A stretch of 63,514 nucleotides of DNA, filler included, from Hyphochytrium catenoides (GCA_900088475.1; 11 parts of 11 records of this genome joined end to end with filler, not necessarily neighbours in it), one strand, 5' to 3'. Positions 1 through 11,668 are shown, counted from the first letter of the whole stretch. The notes: a model not told the origin generated them from the letters alone. Translations and numbers: made by a program.

Positions 1-86
1 TTCCATTCTCTCTTTGCTATCCCCCTGCGTGGCTAAAGTTCGACTCCTTTGCTGCCGCCTCTGCTCGTCCCGCGCCACTAACTTAC

Positions 87-2023
87 CCTACGACGGATGT
101 CGTTTGACCCTCGCCTCCCACAAGCTGCTTGGCGATCCCAAAGTCCACGAGGCGTATATGACCCTCAGCATCCAGCATGACGTTATCAGGTTTCAGATCC
201 CTTTACACGATGCAGCATGGTTAGGACAAATAGAATAAAGGCAGAAAGGGAAGTCAATGCTTTTGTTCTGTCAACCGCCGTAGGGTGATGTGCGAGCTTG
301 CTTCTGATGATGAAAGTAAGACGAGAGAGCGAGAGAGAGAGACTGAAGAGAGAAAGGGAGAAAGATGCCGGTACTGAGCCAGAACGGCGCGGCAATATAA
401 GAAGCTATTACCGGTATATAATCCCTAGTGAATGGAGATAGTCAAGTGCAAGAACCAATTCAGCTGCATAGAAGCGAACTCTCTCCATACTAAGCTTGGC
501 CACTGCTGTCTGTCGCCCTCGCAGCTGAGTGAAGAGGTTTCCTCCTGCATAATACTCGAGGCCTGATGTGCAGAATCTCACTCTTTGGTGCGCGGGAGAT
601 CCAACCATCCTGTTTGCTCGGTCCCATCTTTAGCTATTCATGACTCTGCCCCTCCTCTCCATGTAATACTCCTCTTAAGCATGTGCAGTTTGATGCATAG
701 CCTCCTAGGAAAAACACTGCCGCCGATGTCTCTCTCTTCTGTTCAAGTGTGACAATCCATATATGGCCGCCAAACGCTTGCTCACCTAAGTAGAACTTCT
801 GTGGCGTCTGAAAGGCAAACTCCAAGGACGCGAGAAAAGGATGTCGCAGTTTCTCCAGGATCCTTCTCTCCTTCAGCCCGCTCTTTAGGTGATGGGTCTT
901 GTCAAGCACCTTGATGGCGAATAGCTTCTTGTCATGCCACCGCTTGACCAAGATAACCGTACCATATCCGCCTTCGAGTGGCCCAAGCGATTCCCACATC
1001 GCCGTGCCATTGGTGGCATATGAGGAAGGAAAGAGAGGAAGATAGTGGAAGACGATACAGACGACAAACATTGAGGAGGAAGGCCAAGATGTGAGAGAGG
1101 TACTCAAGATTAGTGGCGCCTTAGGTGGTTAGCGGCTGGAGAAAGGGTAATCCTACCTTTTCCTAGCACCGAGACTACTTCGAAGTCATGAAACGATAGT
1201 GCTAATGCCCGCTTAGTCCTTGACGGTACCTCATGCCTGCTTCCTGCAGGAGTGAAAGAGTGACGCTTCTTACTGCTGGTTGCGCATCCTTCAAATAGGC
1301 CGCAAAGGGCGGCCTAGCCATAAAACAAGGGTCTATCTTAGCTAGTTCCCGAGACCAGTGAGGACGGGCCAGCTTCTAGAGACTCACCTCTGATGAGCCG
1401 TCTGGAGAAACTCTGATAGTAGCTATGCTAAAAGGAACGAAAGACGAAGGTCATTAGGCACGGCATATGGTAAGCAAACTCCTTAGATTCCACGGTGCTA
1501 GTCTTTCAGCATGACTGTTGTCGCTCCATGTGAGAAGGTTGGAGGTTGTCCTTTTCTCTGGGCTCTCACAGCCCTTTGTAGCGTCAATCATATTACGTTT
1601 TCTCTCTTCCCAGATACTATTCTCCCTGACTTCCCATGTCTTCGTCTTTGCTATACCTTCTTGCGGGCGAGAATGAAAGCTCTATGTTTGCTCGGACTAG
1701 CATGCTTTCGGACCGCTGCTTTGATAAAACCAAGAATTCTGTGGCAAGCGTCACAACCTATGCATATGAAGGTGAGCTTTCCAGAGAAGGGCAGCCAAAC
1801 GCTATCAGGAACCGACCTTCTCTCGGTCTTCCAATTCAATCGCCGTCATCGCTGCCTTTTCTACTTGGAGATGGTCCCGAACATCCACCACCCATTGCAC
1901 AAAGCCTTCCCTGGCGTAGTAAGTGCCACTGAAGGGAACTGCCGGTGCCAGTAGGATGGATAGCGTGAGGTCCTTCTTTAACTGGTCCACGAGCTGCTGC
2001 CCAGCATAGCGCCCTGCTTCTTC
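87..2023 (-). CDS. AGC-family Ser/Thr protein kinase with N-terminal SnoaL/NTF2-like domain; multi-exon, partial at both ends
   Basis: Phase-consistent GT-AG exons at 2023-1817, 1757-1657, 1427-1388, 1313-1157, 971-786, 562-412 and 200-87. They give the kinase motifs [84 protein letters not shown]. Upstream exons read [16 protein letters not shown]...EKVVTLATE (NTF2/SnoaL-like). Confidence 0.88.
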
Positions 2024-2111
2024 CTATGGCATAGAGAGGTGGACATTACTGATTATGACGGGATACGCGAGGTGAGACTCTCCTCTCGTCCTTTATATGA
2101 CTAGAGATGCG

Positions 2112-2211
2112 NNNNNNNNNNNNNNNNNNNNNNNNNNNNNNNNNNNNNNNNNNNNTTAATTAATTAANNNNNNNNNNNNNNNNNNNNNNNNNNNNNNNNN
2201 NNNNNNNNNNN
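2112..2211. other. Artificial contig-joining spacer (N44-TTAATTAATTAA-N44). Also at 5352-5451, 15167-15266, 17185-17284, 29727-29826, 40812-40911, 43227-43326, 54638-54737, 56572-56671 and 62147-62246
   Basis: Ten identical 100-nt blocks whose 12-mer core places stops in all six frames, the usual concatenation linker. Confidence 0.97.
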
Positions 2212-3500
2212 ACTATTAGGTGGATCTCATCTACTTGGTCTCGTGCGAAGTGGGTGGCGAAGTACTTGTACTTGTCCAACAACCAAAGAAAAGACGGAGA
2301 TAGCGTACTTATACAAGTACTTGGTAATGTTGAGAAGCGCACTCCTCTTTCGTCCGTTACAAGGGAAAACAGAGCTCCTCCAGGAGTCACTGGCGTTTCT
2401 TGTTATGGATCGTGAGAGGCGGCCTGATGAGACTGATGGGCAGGGAGCGGTACAAATAGTTCTACCCTGATGGTGAGGAGGGGAAAACGTTGGTCATGCT
2501 GGTTCCTTAGGTCTCTCTAGTGAAGCTCTTGGTTACAGAGAGAAGCAGGAGATTTGCTAGAAAATGATGATCATCTCACGTGCCTGCTAGACACGAATGG
2601 AAGACGCTTTGACAAGGCAATTTTAGCTAATAATAAGCTGTACCTGTAAGTACTGCACCAGGTAGTAGTCGCTGGACTGGACTGATGATGTTGAAGAAGC
2701 AGCAGCCACCTGTCGGGCGGGTGTACGTATGACGACTCTAAATAACCATGAGCCTTATTATACTGCTTCTCACATATAAGGAATCGCTTGGCTATGTGCG
2801 TAAAGATCTAGCAGGGATGATGATAAGAATCTCTTTCTATACTCTCCTGGTGATACCCTTTCTCCTTGTATACCATCATCTCTGTTCTTCTGATGATAGT
2901 AACTATCACGCTTCTTCGCAGTGGTTCGGTTTGATACCTTCAATATATTATAAGGACATATCCTCTTCCATCTTGTGACTTTTCCGCACCATGGAGATTT
3001 TTCCCCTGGCAAGGTACACCAGTCGTTTTGACGGCTTCTTTCTCTGGGAAAGACAGGTTAAAAATTCTGCAGAGCCCTGAAAGGTTAAAAGAAGGTAGCG
3101 TATTATCTTGTCCTAGTAGTAGCCAAACCGCCATGCATACACCTCTAACCCATGTCCCAAAAGCCGTTCTGTGCAACATGGCTGAGATGTCACGGGACGT
3201 CTCGGCTCCTGGATTATAATCCATATATCCTGGGCAACAGCAAAGTCCCGAGCCCTTGGACGCGTACTGGGACATGAGCCGCAATAGGTCACACATTACT
3301 GATCGCCTTCCGCATTGCTGTACCAAACATTGCCCTCCGTCTGGCGGACGAGCGCATCACGCCCCCACCAGGTCATCAACATAGCCATTAAGCGGTGAAA
3401 CCTATCAGTTACTGGGGCAGCTGCTGCTACCTCGTCCACCATAATAGGACCAATTGGGGCTGTCACAGGTTCATTCAAAAATAGAAGCAGCATAGCGCCA
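2212..3500 (-). mobile_element. Highly degenerate Ty1/copia gag-integrase remnant
   Basis: Broken frames. TPGGALFSLVTDE...KYFATHF resembles the copia integrase start (TPGGARYFLTVTDD). Gag-like fragments lie upstream. Confidence 0.35.
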
Positions 3501-4399
3501 CCAGTGGCCCCCTTTCTATTAGCGGGTTATTAGTTTGGGCCTACGTGTTATCAAGGAGGAGATGATAAATTACTTAGTCGTTTGCCGCTAAATGTCTAGC
3601 CCTACCGCCGCGTCAACCAGGCCCAGCAGCGGCCAAAGCCTTACGAGAGTCCCGCTGTACCACCAGCAGTACTAGTGTGACTGAGTGCACCAGGCTCGAT
3701 CTATATTGCGACGTCCTTAACCTTCCAACAGCCACCACTCTAGAAGGAATGGAGGATAAAGAAAGAATTATCGTCTAGTAGTAGTACTCGCCTTTATATT
3801 ATAGTCTTCCCCTCGTTTGTTGGAAGTGCTTTTCGGGGGAAAGGATAAGGCAAAGCTCCGGAGAGGAGGAGGAGACCATCATCAAGGGACTGGGCCTAAG
3901 GACACTATCCTCCTCCTCCTCCTGCTGGTATCCAATTGAGCAGGAGGACCACCGTGTTGTTATGCCTCCTCCTGCCAGAGGTGTGCCGTGCTGCCCGTCT
4001 TCTTTTTTCCATTTACAGTGTGAAGATGATTTACAACCCATACATAACAGAGTCCTGGCAAGTGAACTGGATGTTAACTACTACTACGAACGAGATGAGT
4101 GGGCCAACCGTTACAGACTTAGGCAAACAAAAAAAAACCGACAGAGCGCGAGCTCTTACATAGTCAACAGAGGAAAGTGAGTCAGTTATAAAGGAAGAAG
4201 CGTCGAAAGAAGAGAAGAAAGCATTGAGCAGAGCGATGGGACAAGACTAAAGGCTTTACCAATTGGTGAAGAATCTGAAGCAAGCAAAGGAAGAAAGAGG
4301 AGCAAGGGGAGAAGTAAGAGAGACGACGGACAGGACCTGGCCGGCCTACAGGAACAGGGAAGAGGCTCAGACGCGGTATCGATGCAGAGGATGCTCTGG

Positions 4400-5351
4400 C
4401 CGCCCTAGCAAGGTGACGGACTGATGTCGAGAGAAGGAGAAAGAAGTAACGGCTATGCCAAGTCGCTAGACAATATTGCAAGAGACAAAGGGCACAGAAG
4501 TCTTTGCTACTGGGCTTAGAGTGTTGCTCGTGCTCTACTACCTCTGTCACCTGTCGCTCTTGACCGGTTGCATGTCCCTAGAATCTTTAATCTGCTCACC
4601 GTGCGTTCGTTTCTACGTCTGCTCTAGGAGTTCAAAGCTGCACTTGCAGACGACCTTCATTAGTGCTAACAAGAGAAGCTCGCACAAAGTTAGCCCCAAT
4701 TAACCCTTGCATCATCACTTCTTTTGAACTTCAGGAAGGAAAACGGTACTAAACATTCTCGTCTCCGCCCGACCAACTGTCCACGGCGGGCGGACGGTCT
4801 TTAGAAAGGAGGAGCCAATAGAAAAGGGTACACCTTTGCCTCCTCAGGAACGCGGGCATATCTTCTGAATATGCAGACACTATGAGAGAAATTTGAAGGA
4901 AGACATTCTGACGAAACGATAGAGAACAGCGAACATTGAGTTGCAGCAGGATGGCGTTTCTTTCTACAACCCGAGCCCCGCTTGCAGAGTACGGAGGAGG
5001 CAGAGGTAAGTCAAAGCTTACGATGTGGACGGAGCTCGTCCTGTTCAGAGGAAGGTTGCAGGTGCAACATGTGTCATTATGTCTTCCCCGCTTCCACCTT
5101 CTTGGTCTGATCTGGACTATGATAGAGCTCGTCATCTTTGTCATAGCGCTTGCACAGACCGATTTCTCGTTCAATTCTCTGGATACTACCTCTCAGATTT
5201 TGAAGGCAAGAGCGGCTAACCAGAATCTCTTTGGAGCGAGTGAAGGATGGGGCGGAGAGTCCAGCTCGCTAACCATGGAGAGTACCCTACTTTCGCTCAC
5301 TGGCGGAGGTACTGGTGGTAGCCAGTCCTCTGACTATTGTGGTCCTCTGCC
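4400..5351 (+). mobile_element. Possible degenerate copia gag-pol remnant
   Basis: Frameshifted Zn-knuckle-like QYCKR/KGHRSLC near 4470-4510 and a GAG-pre-integrase-like ERLTRISLERVK near 5205-5245. Weak. Confidence 0.22.
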
Positions 5352-7588
5352 NNNNNNNNNNNNNNNNNNNNNNNNNNNNNNNNNNNNNNNNNNNNTTAAT
5401 TAATTAANNNNNNNNNNNNNNNNNNNNNNNNNNNNNNNNNNNNNNNNNNNNCCGCCTCACACTTACTTTATAGGCAGTGACACAGTCCTGGCAGGTATGC
5501 AAGGAATACTCAGTCCTACAGTCAAATCGGGCGATCACCTGCTGAGAGTCAGTGCCCTATCTCGAGTTGAAAAAGCTATGTAGGCCAGTGATCTACCTTC
5601 AGCATAGAGAGGTACATCTTTTGGGCGTTGGAGTCTGCAATCAGCCCCTCTGGATCTAGAGCGTCTAGCACTACGGAGTAACTGACCTGTACCATGGATG
5701 AATAAGCGCCTGAGAGCAGGAAGTGCGAGTAAAGGACTAGAGAGGGGAGGACAACAAGAACGCTGAGAACCAGAGAAACAGGTATAGAGACTAGAGACTG
5801 AGAGAGAGGCACAGAGGCTTGGGTGAGAGGACCAGAGGAAAAACGCACATCCAGAGAGAGCGAAGGCGGGAGAGAAAGTACCCATGACAGGCAAGGGCAG
5901 TTCTGGTGAAGAGGATGCTCATGTACCATGGAACAGAAGGATAAAGCTGTCCCATTAAACTCTGGTATGCACACAGGATTCTTGACCGTCACTAAGGCAA
6001 GCTCTTTTGGAGTCTCTTTGAACTGCGCCGCTGCATTGCCCAGAACATACTTGCATGACCAAGCTAGGCAGGCTGTTAAGAAGATACCTGTGAACCAAGA
6101 GAGTGAGCCTTCGGACTGGAATATAAAAGAAGGGAAATGAAAAGACTCAGGGAGAGAAGTAGAGCGAGCAATGCGGGAAGACGAAAGTATGGTCTCTTAG
6201 ATTGAGAGACCGTGGGTCCCAGTCAAGCTTAGAAGAAGCTACAATGGCAAGAGGTAATTAAGGATAGTCACTCACAGGCCTCCCAGACCCCAGGCCACCG
6301 CCGCCTCATTGAGCTATACTGGCTGTCTCTGCCCCGACAGGGCATCCAGGCGGTAATCAACATCGGCTCATGGTTCCTATCAATGATACTCCGTCTGTCG
6401 TACAGTCAGAGCACAGATTTCCTGCCTGTCCTTTGACATAAATCTCCCCACAATGGCTCCCTGTCTGAGGCCTTGATCTGGCGCTCATATACCTTCTGCT
6501 GCTCTTCCCAAATCTTCTCTTTGATCCAGCGTTCCGCGCTCTCACGCAACCACCGGAGCTACCTTCCTCGCCTAGCAGGCTAGCATGCACTCTTTACGAT
6601 TTAACAACGTGCAGAGCAGCTCATATTGCAGAGCCACGGCGCTTCTAGCCAGTGCTGGCAGCTCTCTGACATGCTGGCATTCTAGCGGTCAGATGTCATC
6701 CAGGGTTGAGTGCACTCATCCAACATCGCAGGCTTCTCCGTCCGTTATTGCTGAATGAGATCATTGCAAAAATTGACGCAGGAACTATTCCAGGAAGGAA
6801 AGTTACATTCTGCAAAAAAGGTTAAGCATTAAAAAGCATTGTCTCTATTATCTCCTTTATGACCGACCGATAGATTTCAATGAACTCTTCATATGAAAAT
6901 ATGTAGTCCTTGCTCAGAGCTACCCCTGTACTTGTCCATGATGAAGGGGCAGGGTCAGAGATCCAAGGCCTTGAGAACTAGAGGAGCTGTGCTCGCGGCG
7001 GATGATGGGCCACACAGCGCTTCTTCTTACCCTCCTCGTGATGACGAGTACCTGGCGCAGAAGCTGATAGACTGTGTTACTCCTTTATAGTGAGTGCTGC
7101 TGGCACGTGATGCTATACGTAGCCGTCGCTCCGTGCCTGCTGTTGTCTAGAGTGGTGAAGCAGTTGCTGCTGCCAGGGTAGAAGCCTGGCGGCGAAGACG
7201 TTGCTGGTGACCGAAGGGGCAAGTCATTTTCCCTTTGCATATAAGAAACTAATCATCTCTTAGTAATGCCAATGCTCAGCGTTATGATGCATTTCTTGCT
7301 AGGATGTATTGCTCCTTGGTGCTGGCTTTAGCAATAGGGTATAACCTTTTCGCTGGACTTTCTGGTCCCAAGAGAGGAGCATCTTTCTCTCACGGGGTAA
7401 GCCTCAGCCCCGTTACCTCATTTTAAGCAACTAGTGGTAGGGCGAGCTTGTACTGCATGAGGCAAGGTGCCTATTTGGCGAGCGCAGCGTAGCAGCAGAA
7501 AGAAGAGCCGCCAGGCTAATGTCCCTTCTTGCTTCCTACTCCATTTCTCACCTCCTTCGGGCTTGCGCTGTGCTTCCAAGAGCTTTAG

Positions 7589-7654
7589 CGGTCACGTTCT
7601 TTCCTCTCCTCTTTTAGCTTTCGGTCACGTTCTCTCATCTCCTCCTTTAGCTTT
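7589..7654 (+). repeat. Tandem duplication of about 33 bp (cggtcacgttct...ctttagctt x2)
   Basis: Two adjacent near-identical copies are visible directly. Confidence 0.7.
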
Positions 7655-7870
7655 ATCATGTCCCTAGCAGTGTAGCAGTATCCAACCATCCATTCTCGCC
7701 CAAGCTACTTGGCATACAGCCTTCCAGCAGAAGACAGCCCGTTAACAGGAAAGCAAGATAGAAGGAGAGACAGGACATGGTAGGAAGGCCAAGAGAGAAG
7801 AGAGAGACAGAGAGACAATAAAGCGGGCTACCTGGAGGCCCGCTAATGTCCAATGTCAGCTACTTTCCTT

Positions 7871-8000
7871 CAGCCAATCATATTGCTTGAAGGCACCTTT
7901 CTTTAATCGTCAGCCAATCACCTTTCTTCAAGAGTTGATTAGCCTTTCATCAGCCAATCAGAGGTCATGAAGGTTGACAACTATCTGAAGCAGCCAATCA
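7871..8000 (+). promoter_or_regulatory. Four CAGCCAATCA (CCAAT-box consensus) motifs at exact 40-bp period
   Basis: The identical 10-mer occurs at 7871, 7911, 7951 and 7991, separated by divergent 30-nt spacers. The repeat is certain; a regulatory role is inferred. Confidence 0.6.
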
Positions 8001-8065
8001 GAGCGATGATGGGGCTGAGGTATGAACAGCCATAGAAGTGCCAGAAGAGGAGAACTGGTGCTTTT

Positions 8066-8108
<43 letters not shown>

Positions 8109-8215
8109 CAGAGAGAGAGAGAGAGACAGAGAGAGACAGAGAGACAGAGACAGAGAGACAGAGACAGAGACAGAGAGAAGCATACGTGAAGGGGAGAGAG
8201 AGAAAGAGAGAGAGA
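8066..8215. repeat. (GA)n/(GAGACA)n microsatellite, representative of dozens of GA/CT tracts in contigs 5452-17184, 29827-40811, 43327-56571 and 62247-63514
   Basis: Seen directly. These tracts generate the many SLSLSL/ERERER ORFs in the track. Confidence 0.95.
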
Positions 8216-9132
8216 GGAGCCAGGAAGAAGTGGAGGGAGAGACTTTTTAGAATGAGGGAGAGACAGGAAGGAAGAGGGATGGAGGCAGCGCAGAGGGAGA
8301 CAACAGACGAGAAGCGCAGGAGAGGACAAGGCAAGAGAGAAAGAGAAAGAGTCGAGAAGAGCGATTCGATCAAGGAGACAGAGTCGAACGATGGTGAAGA
8401 GCAGAAAAATCCTATGGCGGAAAAGCCAAACGAAAAAGAGACAGAGGTGAGATAGAGAAAGAGTAAGAGAAAGAGGGAGAGAAAGAGGGAGAGAGAAAGC
8501 ATGGAGACCGACAGCGAGATGTGCTGAGAGAGCAGAGCGGCCTTGCCCTCCAACCTCTTTCCCCCACAAGAATCCACAGGCAAACTTATCAGCATTTATT
8601 GGACATTATCCTCTTCTTTCCTTTCCTCTCCCTCCCTCCCTTTTCCTCTCCCTTCGTCTCTCTTAGACCATGTCGCCAGCACCAAGTCTTTCTCTTGCCT
8701 TGTGGTCTCTCTCTCTTGTTGAGAACAGTTCTTCAAGTGACTATGTTGGCGGCTTGAACCAACGTATTAGACATCCTTTGCAAGAGGAAGAATAAAAGAG
8801 TGGACGGCAGAAGCAGAATTATAGAGAGCGAGAGAGAGGCAAAAAGCGAGAGAGAGGCATAGGAAGAGAAAGAGAGAGAGAGAGAGAGTTGAAGAGGGAG
8901 AGGGAGAAAAGATTTTCCAGGTCAAACGATGTAGATCTCGTCTTTCCGATCCATCCACCAATTGCTGAGCAGGAAGGTTCGTTGACTGGGTGGTTGGCGA
9001 GTAAGAGAAGGGCCACGTTCTTCTTTTCTGGCTCTTCCTCACCGTACTAGCTCTCCGTTCCCATATCTTCTCTCTCTCTTTCTTCTGTCGCTCTCACTGT
9101 GCGTCTCTCCCTCTATCTGTCTGTCTGTCTGC

Positions 9133-9178
<46 letters not shown>

Positions 9179-9328
9179 CTCTCTTTCTATCCTTCCAAAA
9201 GGAACCTTCCTTGGGAGAGGGTCGCTCTCAGCCTTCACTCATTATCGCTTTTTCCTTATTAAGGGTACAAAGCTCCCCGCGCCACCCTCGCTTCTTATCT
9301 TCAGCGGCACAGCCTTAGAAGAAGAAAG

Positions 9329-11668
9329 ATGCCACAGCTTTCTTCTCTTCCCACAGCCACGTTGGGCTTTCCCCGCATGGGGCCGAAGAGAGAGCTTAAG
9401 TTTGCCCTCGAGAAGTATTGGAAGGGCCTGCTGGACAAGGAAGGGCTGCTCCTCGTGGCTCGGACGATTGAAGAATCTGCCTGGAAGATCCAGAGCAAGG
9501 CGGGCCTGTCCAAGATAGCGGTTGGCGACTATGTTCTCTACGACCAAGTTGTTGCCTGGACAGAGTGGCTCGGGCTTATCCCTCAGCGCTTTCAGCATCT
9601 TAACAGGGGCATTGACCTGCAATTCTCTATGGCAAGAGGGAGAAACGAGGCTGCTGCTCTGGATATGACGAAGTGGTTTGACACGAACTATCACTATGAA
9701 GTCCCAGAGCTCAGAGCTGAGAGCAAGCCCGAGGCCAACTTCTCTGAGCTCCTCGAGAAAGTGAAGAGAGCTGTGTCTCTTCTTGGAGCGGAGAAGGTCT
9801 CGCCTGTTATTCTTGGGCCTGTCACCTATCTCCGGCTGAGCAAGATTGTCGAGGGAGAGGAGAACCTGGCGAGAGAGAAAGTGCTTGGCCGTTTGCTTCC
9901 TGCTTATAAGGCTCTCTTCTCTCAGCTGAAAGCTCTCGGAGTGACAGAGGTTCAGATCCATGAGCCTGCTCTTGTGATGCCTTCCTCTGACAGCCTTAGG
10001 AAACTCTTTGAGCAGGCGTACGATCCTTCTTCTCCCTCTGCTCTTCTCCCTCTCTCTGACAATCTCAAGGTAAACATGGTCACTTACTTTGAGGACGTGG
10101 GAGAAAGTAACTATCAATGGCTCTGCTCTCTCCCTGTCCAGCAAGTCTCTCTCGACTTTACCAGGGGAGACACTCTCTCTTTGCTCCTAAAGCATGGCTT
10201 TCCAGCCGATAAGACGCTCGGTGCAGGCATTGTAGACGGAAGAAATGTATGGAAGATGAACCCAGAGAAGGTCACTCGCACTCTTCAGCAGATCTTTTCT
10301 GTGGCGAAGAAGGTCGTCCTGCAGCCGTCCTGCTCTCTCCAACATGTACCTTGGGATGTTAACACGGAGAAAGAGTACGTAGGGCCATCCTCTGGCTCAA
10401 AGAACATCCGTCCTTTCCTCTCCTTCGCCCTGCAGAAGCTCGAGGAGCTACGGACTCTCTCTTCCTATGATCCTGAGCTCTCTTCTCTAAAAGATCAAGA
10501 GAGAGTGGACGTCTATGCGTCAGCTTGGAAGGACTTTTCTCTGTCTCTCTCTGCTTCTAACTCTGAGGTGCCTGCCCGTGTTGCCCGCATGGCAGGAGAC
10601 AAGGCCTCAATGACCCGCTCTATGCCTTATGAGCAGCGCCGTCCTCTTCAGCTCTCTTCTCTCCCGGTCCTACCCACCACGACCATTGGCTCTTTCCCTC
10701 AGACTTCCTCGATCCGTCAGCTTAGACAGGACTTCCGCAAAGGCATTATCTCTCTTCAGGAGTACCAGCATGGGATTGATAAGCAGATTGCCTATGCTAT
10801 AGGCGTCCAGGAAGGGCTTGGGCTGGACATCCTGGTCCATGGAGAGGCAGAGAGAACGGACATGGTTGAGTTCTTTGGTGAGAAGCTTGAAGGGATGGCT
10901 TTCTCTACTAATGGCTGGGTACAGTCCTATGGCTCTCGCTGCGTACGGCCTCCTATTCTCTGCGATAACATCTCTAGGAGCAAGGCAATGACCGTGAGAG
11001 AGTTCACGGTGGCTCAGAGTCTCACTAAGAAGCCCGTCAAGGGAATGTTGACAGGCCCCGTGACCATTCTCAACTGGTCTTTCCCGCGTGTGGACATCCC
11101 CAGGAGAGAGCAAGCTTATCAGCTCTCTCTCTGTATTAGAGATGAGATCCAGGACCTGGAAGAGGCGGGATGCAAGGTGATCCAGGTGGATGAGCCTGCA
11201 CTGAGAGAGGGGATGCCTCTCAAACAAGGAAAGAAGCAAGAATATCTTGACTGGGCAGTCAACGCCTTCCTTCTCTCCACAGCTGGGGCTGGACCGGCCA
11301 CTCAGATCCACACTCACATGTGCTATTGTGAGTTTGAGGACTGTATGGAGGCGATCGACAGGCTGGACACCGATGTGAACTCTATTGAGAACGCTAGGAG
11401 CTCCGATGCGACGTTGAGGGCCTTCAAGGCGCTAGGTTATACCAAGGGCTTGGGTCCTGGCGTCTACGACATCCACTCCCCCGTCGTGCCAACCGTGCAG
11501 CAGATGAAGGAGAAGATCGAGGGCTTTCTCAAGGTTCTTCCCGCTTCTCAGCTGGTGGTCAACCCTGACTGTGGACTGAAGACAAGGACTTGGGACGAGA
11601 CCATCCCTGCACTGAAGAACATGGTGGAGGCAGCTGCCTACTTCAGACAGAAGCTTGAAATGCAGTAA
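9329..11668 (+). CDS. metE: Cobalamin-independent methionine synthase (5-methyltetrahydropteroyltriglutamate-homocysteine methyltransferase), 779 aa, intronless
   Basis: Motifs LGFPRMGPKRELK, MTKWFDTNYHYEVPE, PTTTIGSFPQT, LVHGEAERTDMVEFFGE, GWVQSYGSRCVRPP, IQVDEPALREG, and Zn ligands in IHTHMCY and NPDCGLKTR. Confidence 0.98.
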   Translation: MPQLSSLPTATLGFPRMGPKRELKFALEKYWKGLLDKEGLLLVARTIEESAWKIQSKAGLSKIAVGDYVLYDQVVAWTEWLGLIPQRFQHLNRGIDLQFSMARGRNEAAALDMTKWFDTNYHYEVPELRAESKPEANFSELLEKVKRAVSLLGAEKVSPVILGPVTYLRLSKIVEGEENLAREKVLGRLLPAYKALFSQLKALGVTEVQIHEPALVMPSSDSLRKLFEQAYDPSSPSALLPLSDNLKVNMVTYFEDVGESNYQWLCSLPVQQVSLDFTRGDTLSLLLKHGFPADKTLGAGIVDGRNVWKMNPEKVTRTLQQIFSVAKKVVLQPSCSLQHVPWDVNTEKEYVGPSSGSKNIRPFLSFALQKLEELRTLSSYDPELSSLKDQERVDVYASAWKDFSLSLSASNSEVPARVARMAGDKASMTRSMPYEQRRPLQLSSLPVLPTTTIGSFPQTSSIRQLRQDFRKGIISLQEYQHGIDKQIAYAIGVQEGLGLDILVHGEAERTDMVEFFGEKLEGMAFSTNGWVQSYGSRCVRPPILCDNISRSKAMTVREFTVAQSLTKKPVKGMLTGPVTILNWSFPRVDIPRREQAYQLSLCIRDEIQDLEEAGCKVIQVDEPALREGMPLKQGKKQEYLDWAVNAFLLSTAGAGPATQIHTHMCYCEFEDCMEAIDRLDTDVNSIENARSSDATLRAFKALGYTKGLGPGVYDIHSPVVPTVQQMKEKIEGFLKVLPASQLVVNPDCGLKTRTWDETIPALKNMVEAAAYFRQKLEMQ

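Noticed and set aside
2156-2167. Recurrent TTAATTAATTAA palindrome as a biological repeat or recombination site
   Set aside because: It is always centred in a 100-nt N block, so it is an assembly concatenation linker.
5452-7450. Retrotransposon gag-like remnants (IPEFNG; Zn-knuckle-like fragment near 6400-6450)
   Set aside because: Too degenerate to support by eye; needs TBLASTN against a TE library.
7871-8000. CRISPR array
   Set aside because: The repeat is only 10 bp, the spacers are related to each other, there are no cas genes and the context is eukaryotic.
7958-8595. Long SLSLSL and ERERER ORFs here and throughout the window
   Set aside because: They are translations of GA/CT microsatellites, which lack stop codons. 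Most lie in introns or antisense to real genes.
9000-9328. Cobalamin or SAM riboswitch upstream of metE
   Set aside because: No recognisable B12-box or SAM core; the region is mostly (CTGT)n/(CT)n.
9242-11317. Antisense ORFs of 300 and 215 aa overlapping metE
   Set aside because: Shadow ORFs from codon bias, with no motifs.
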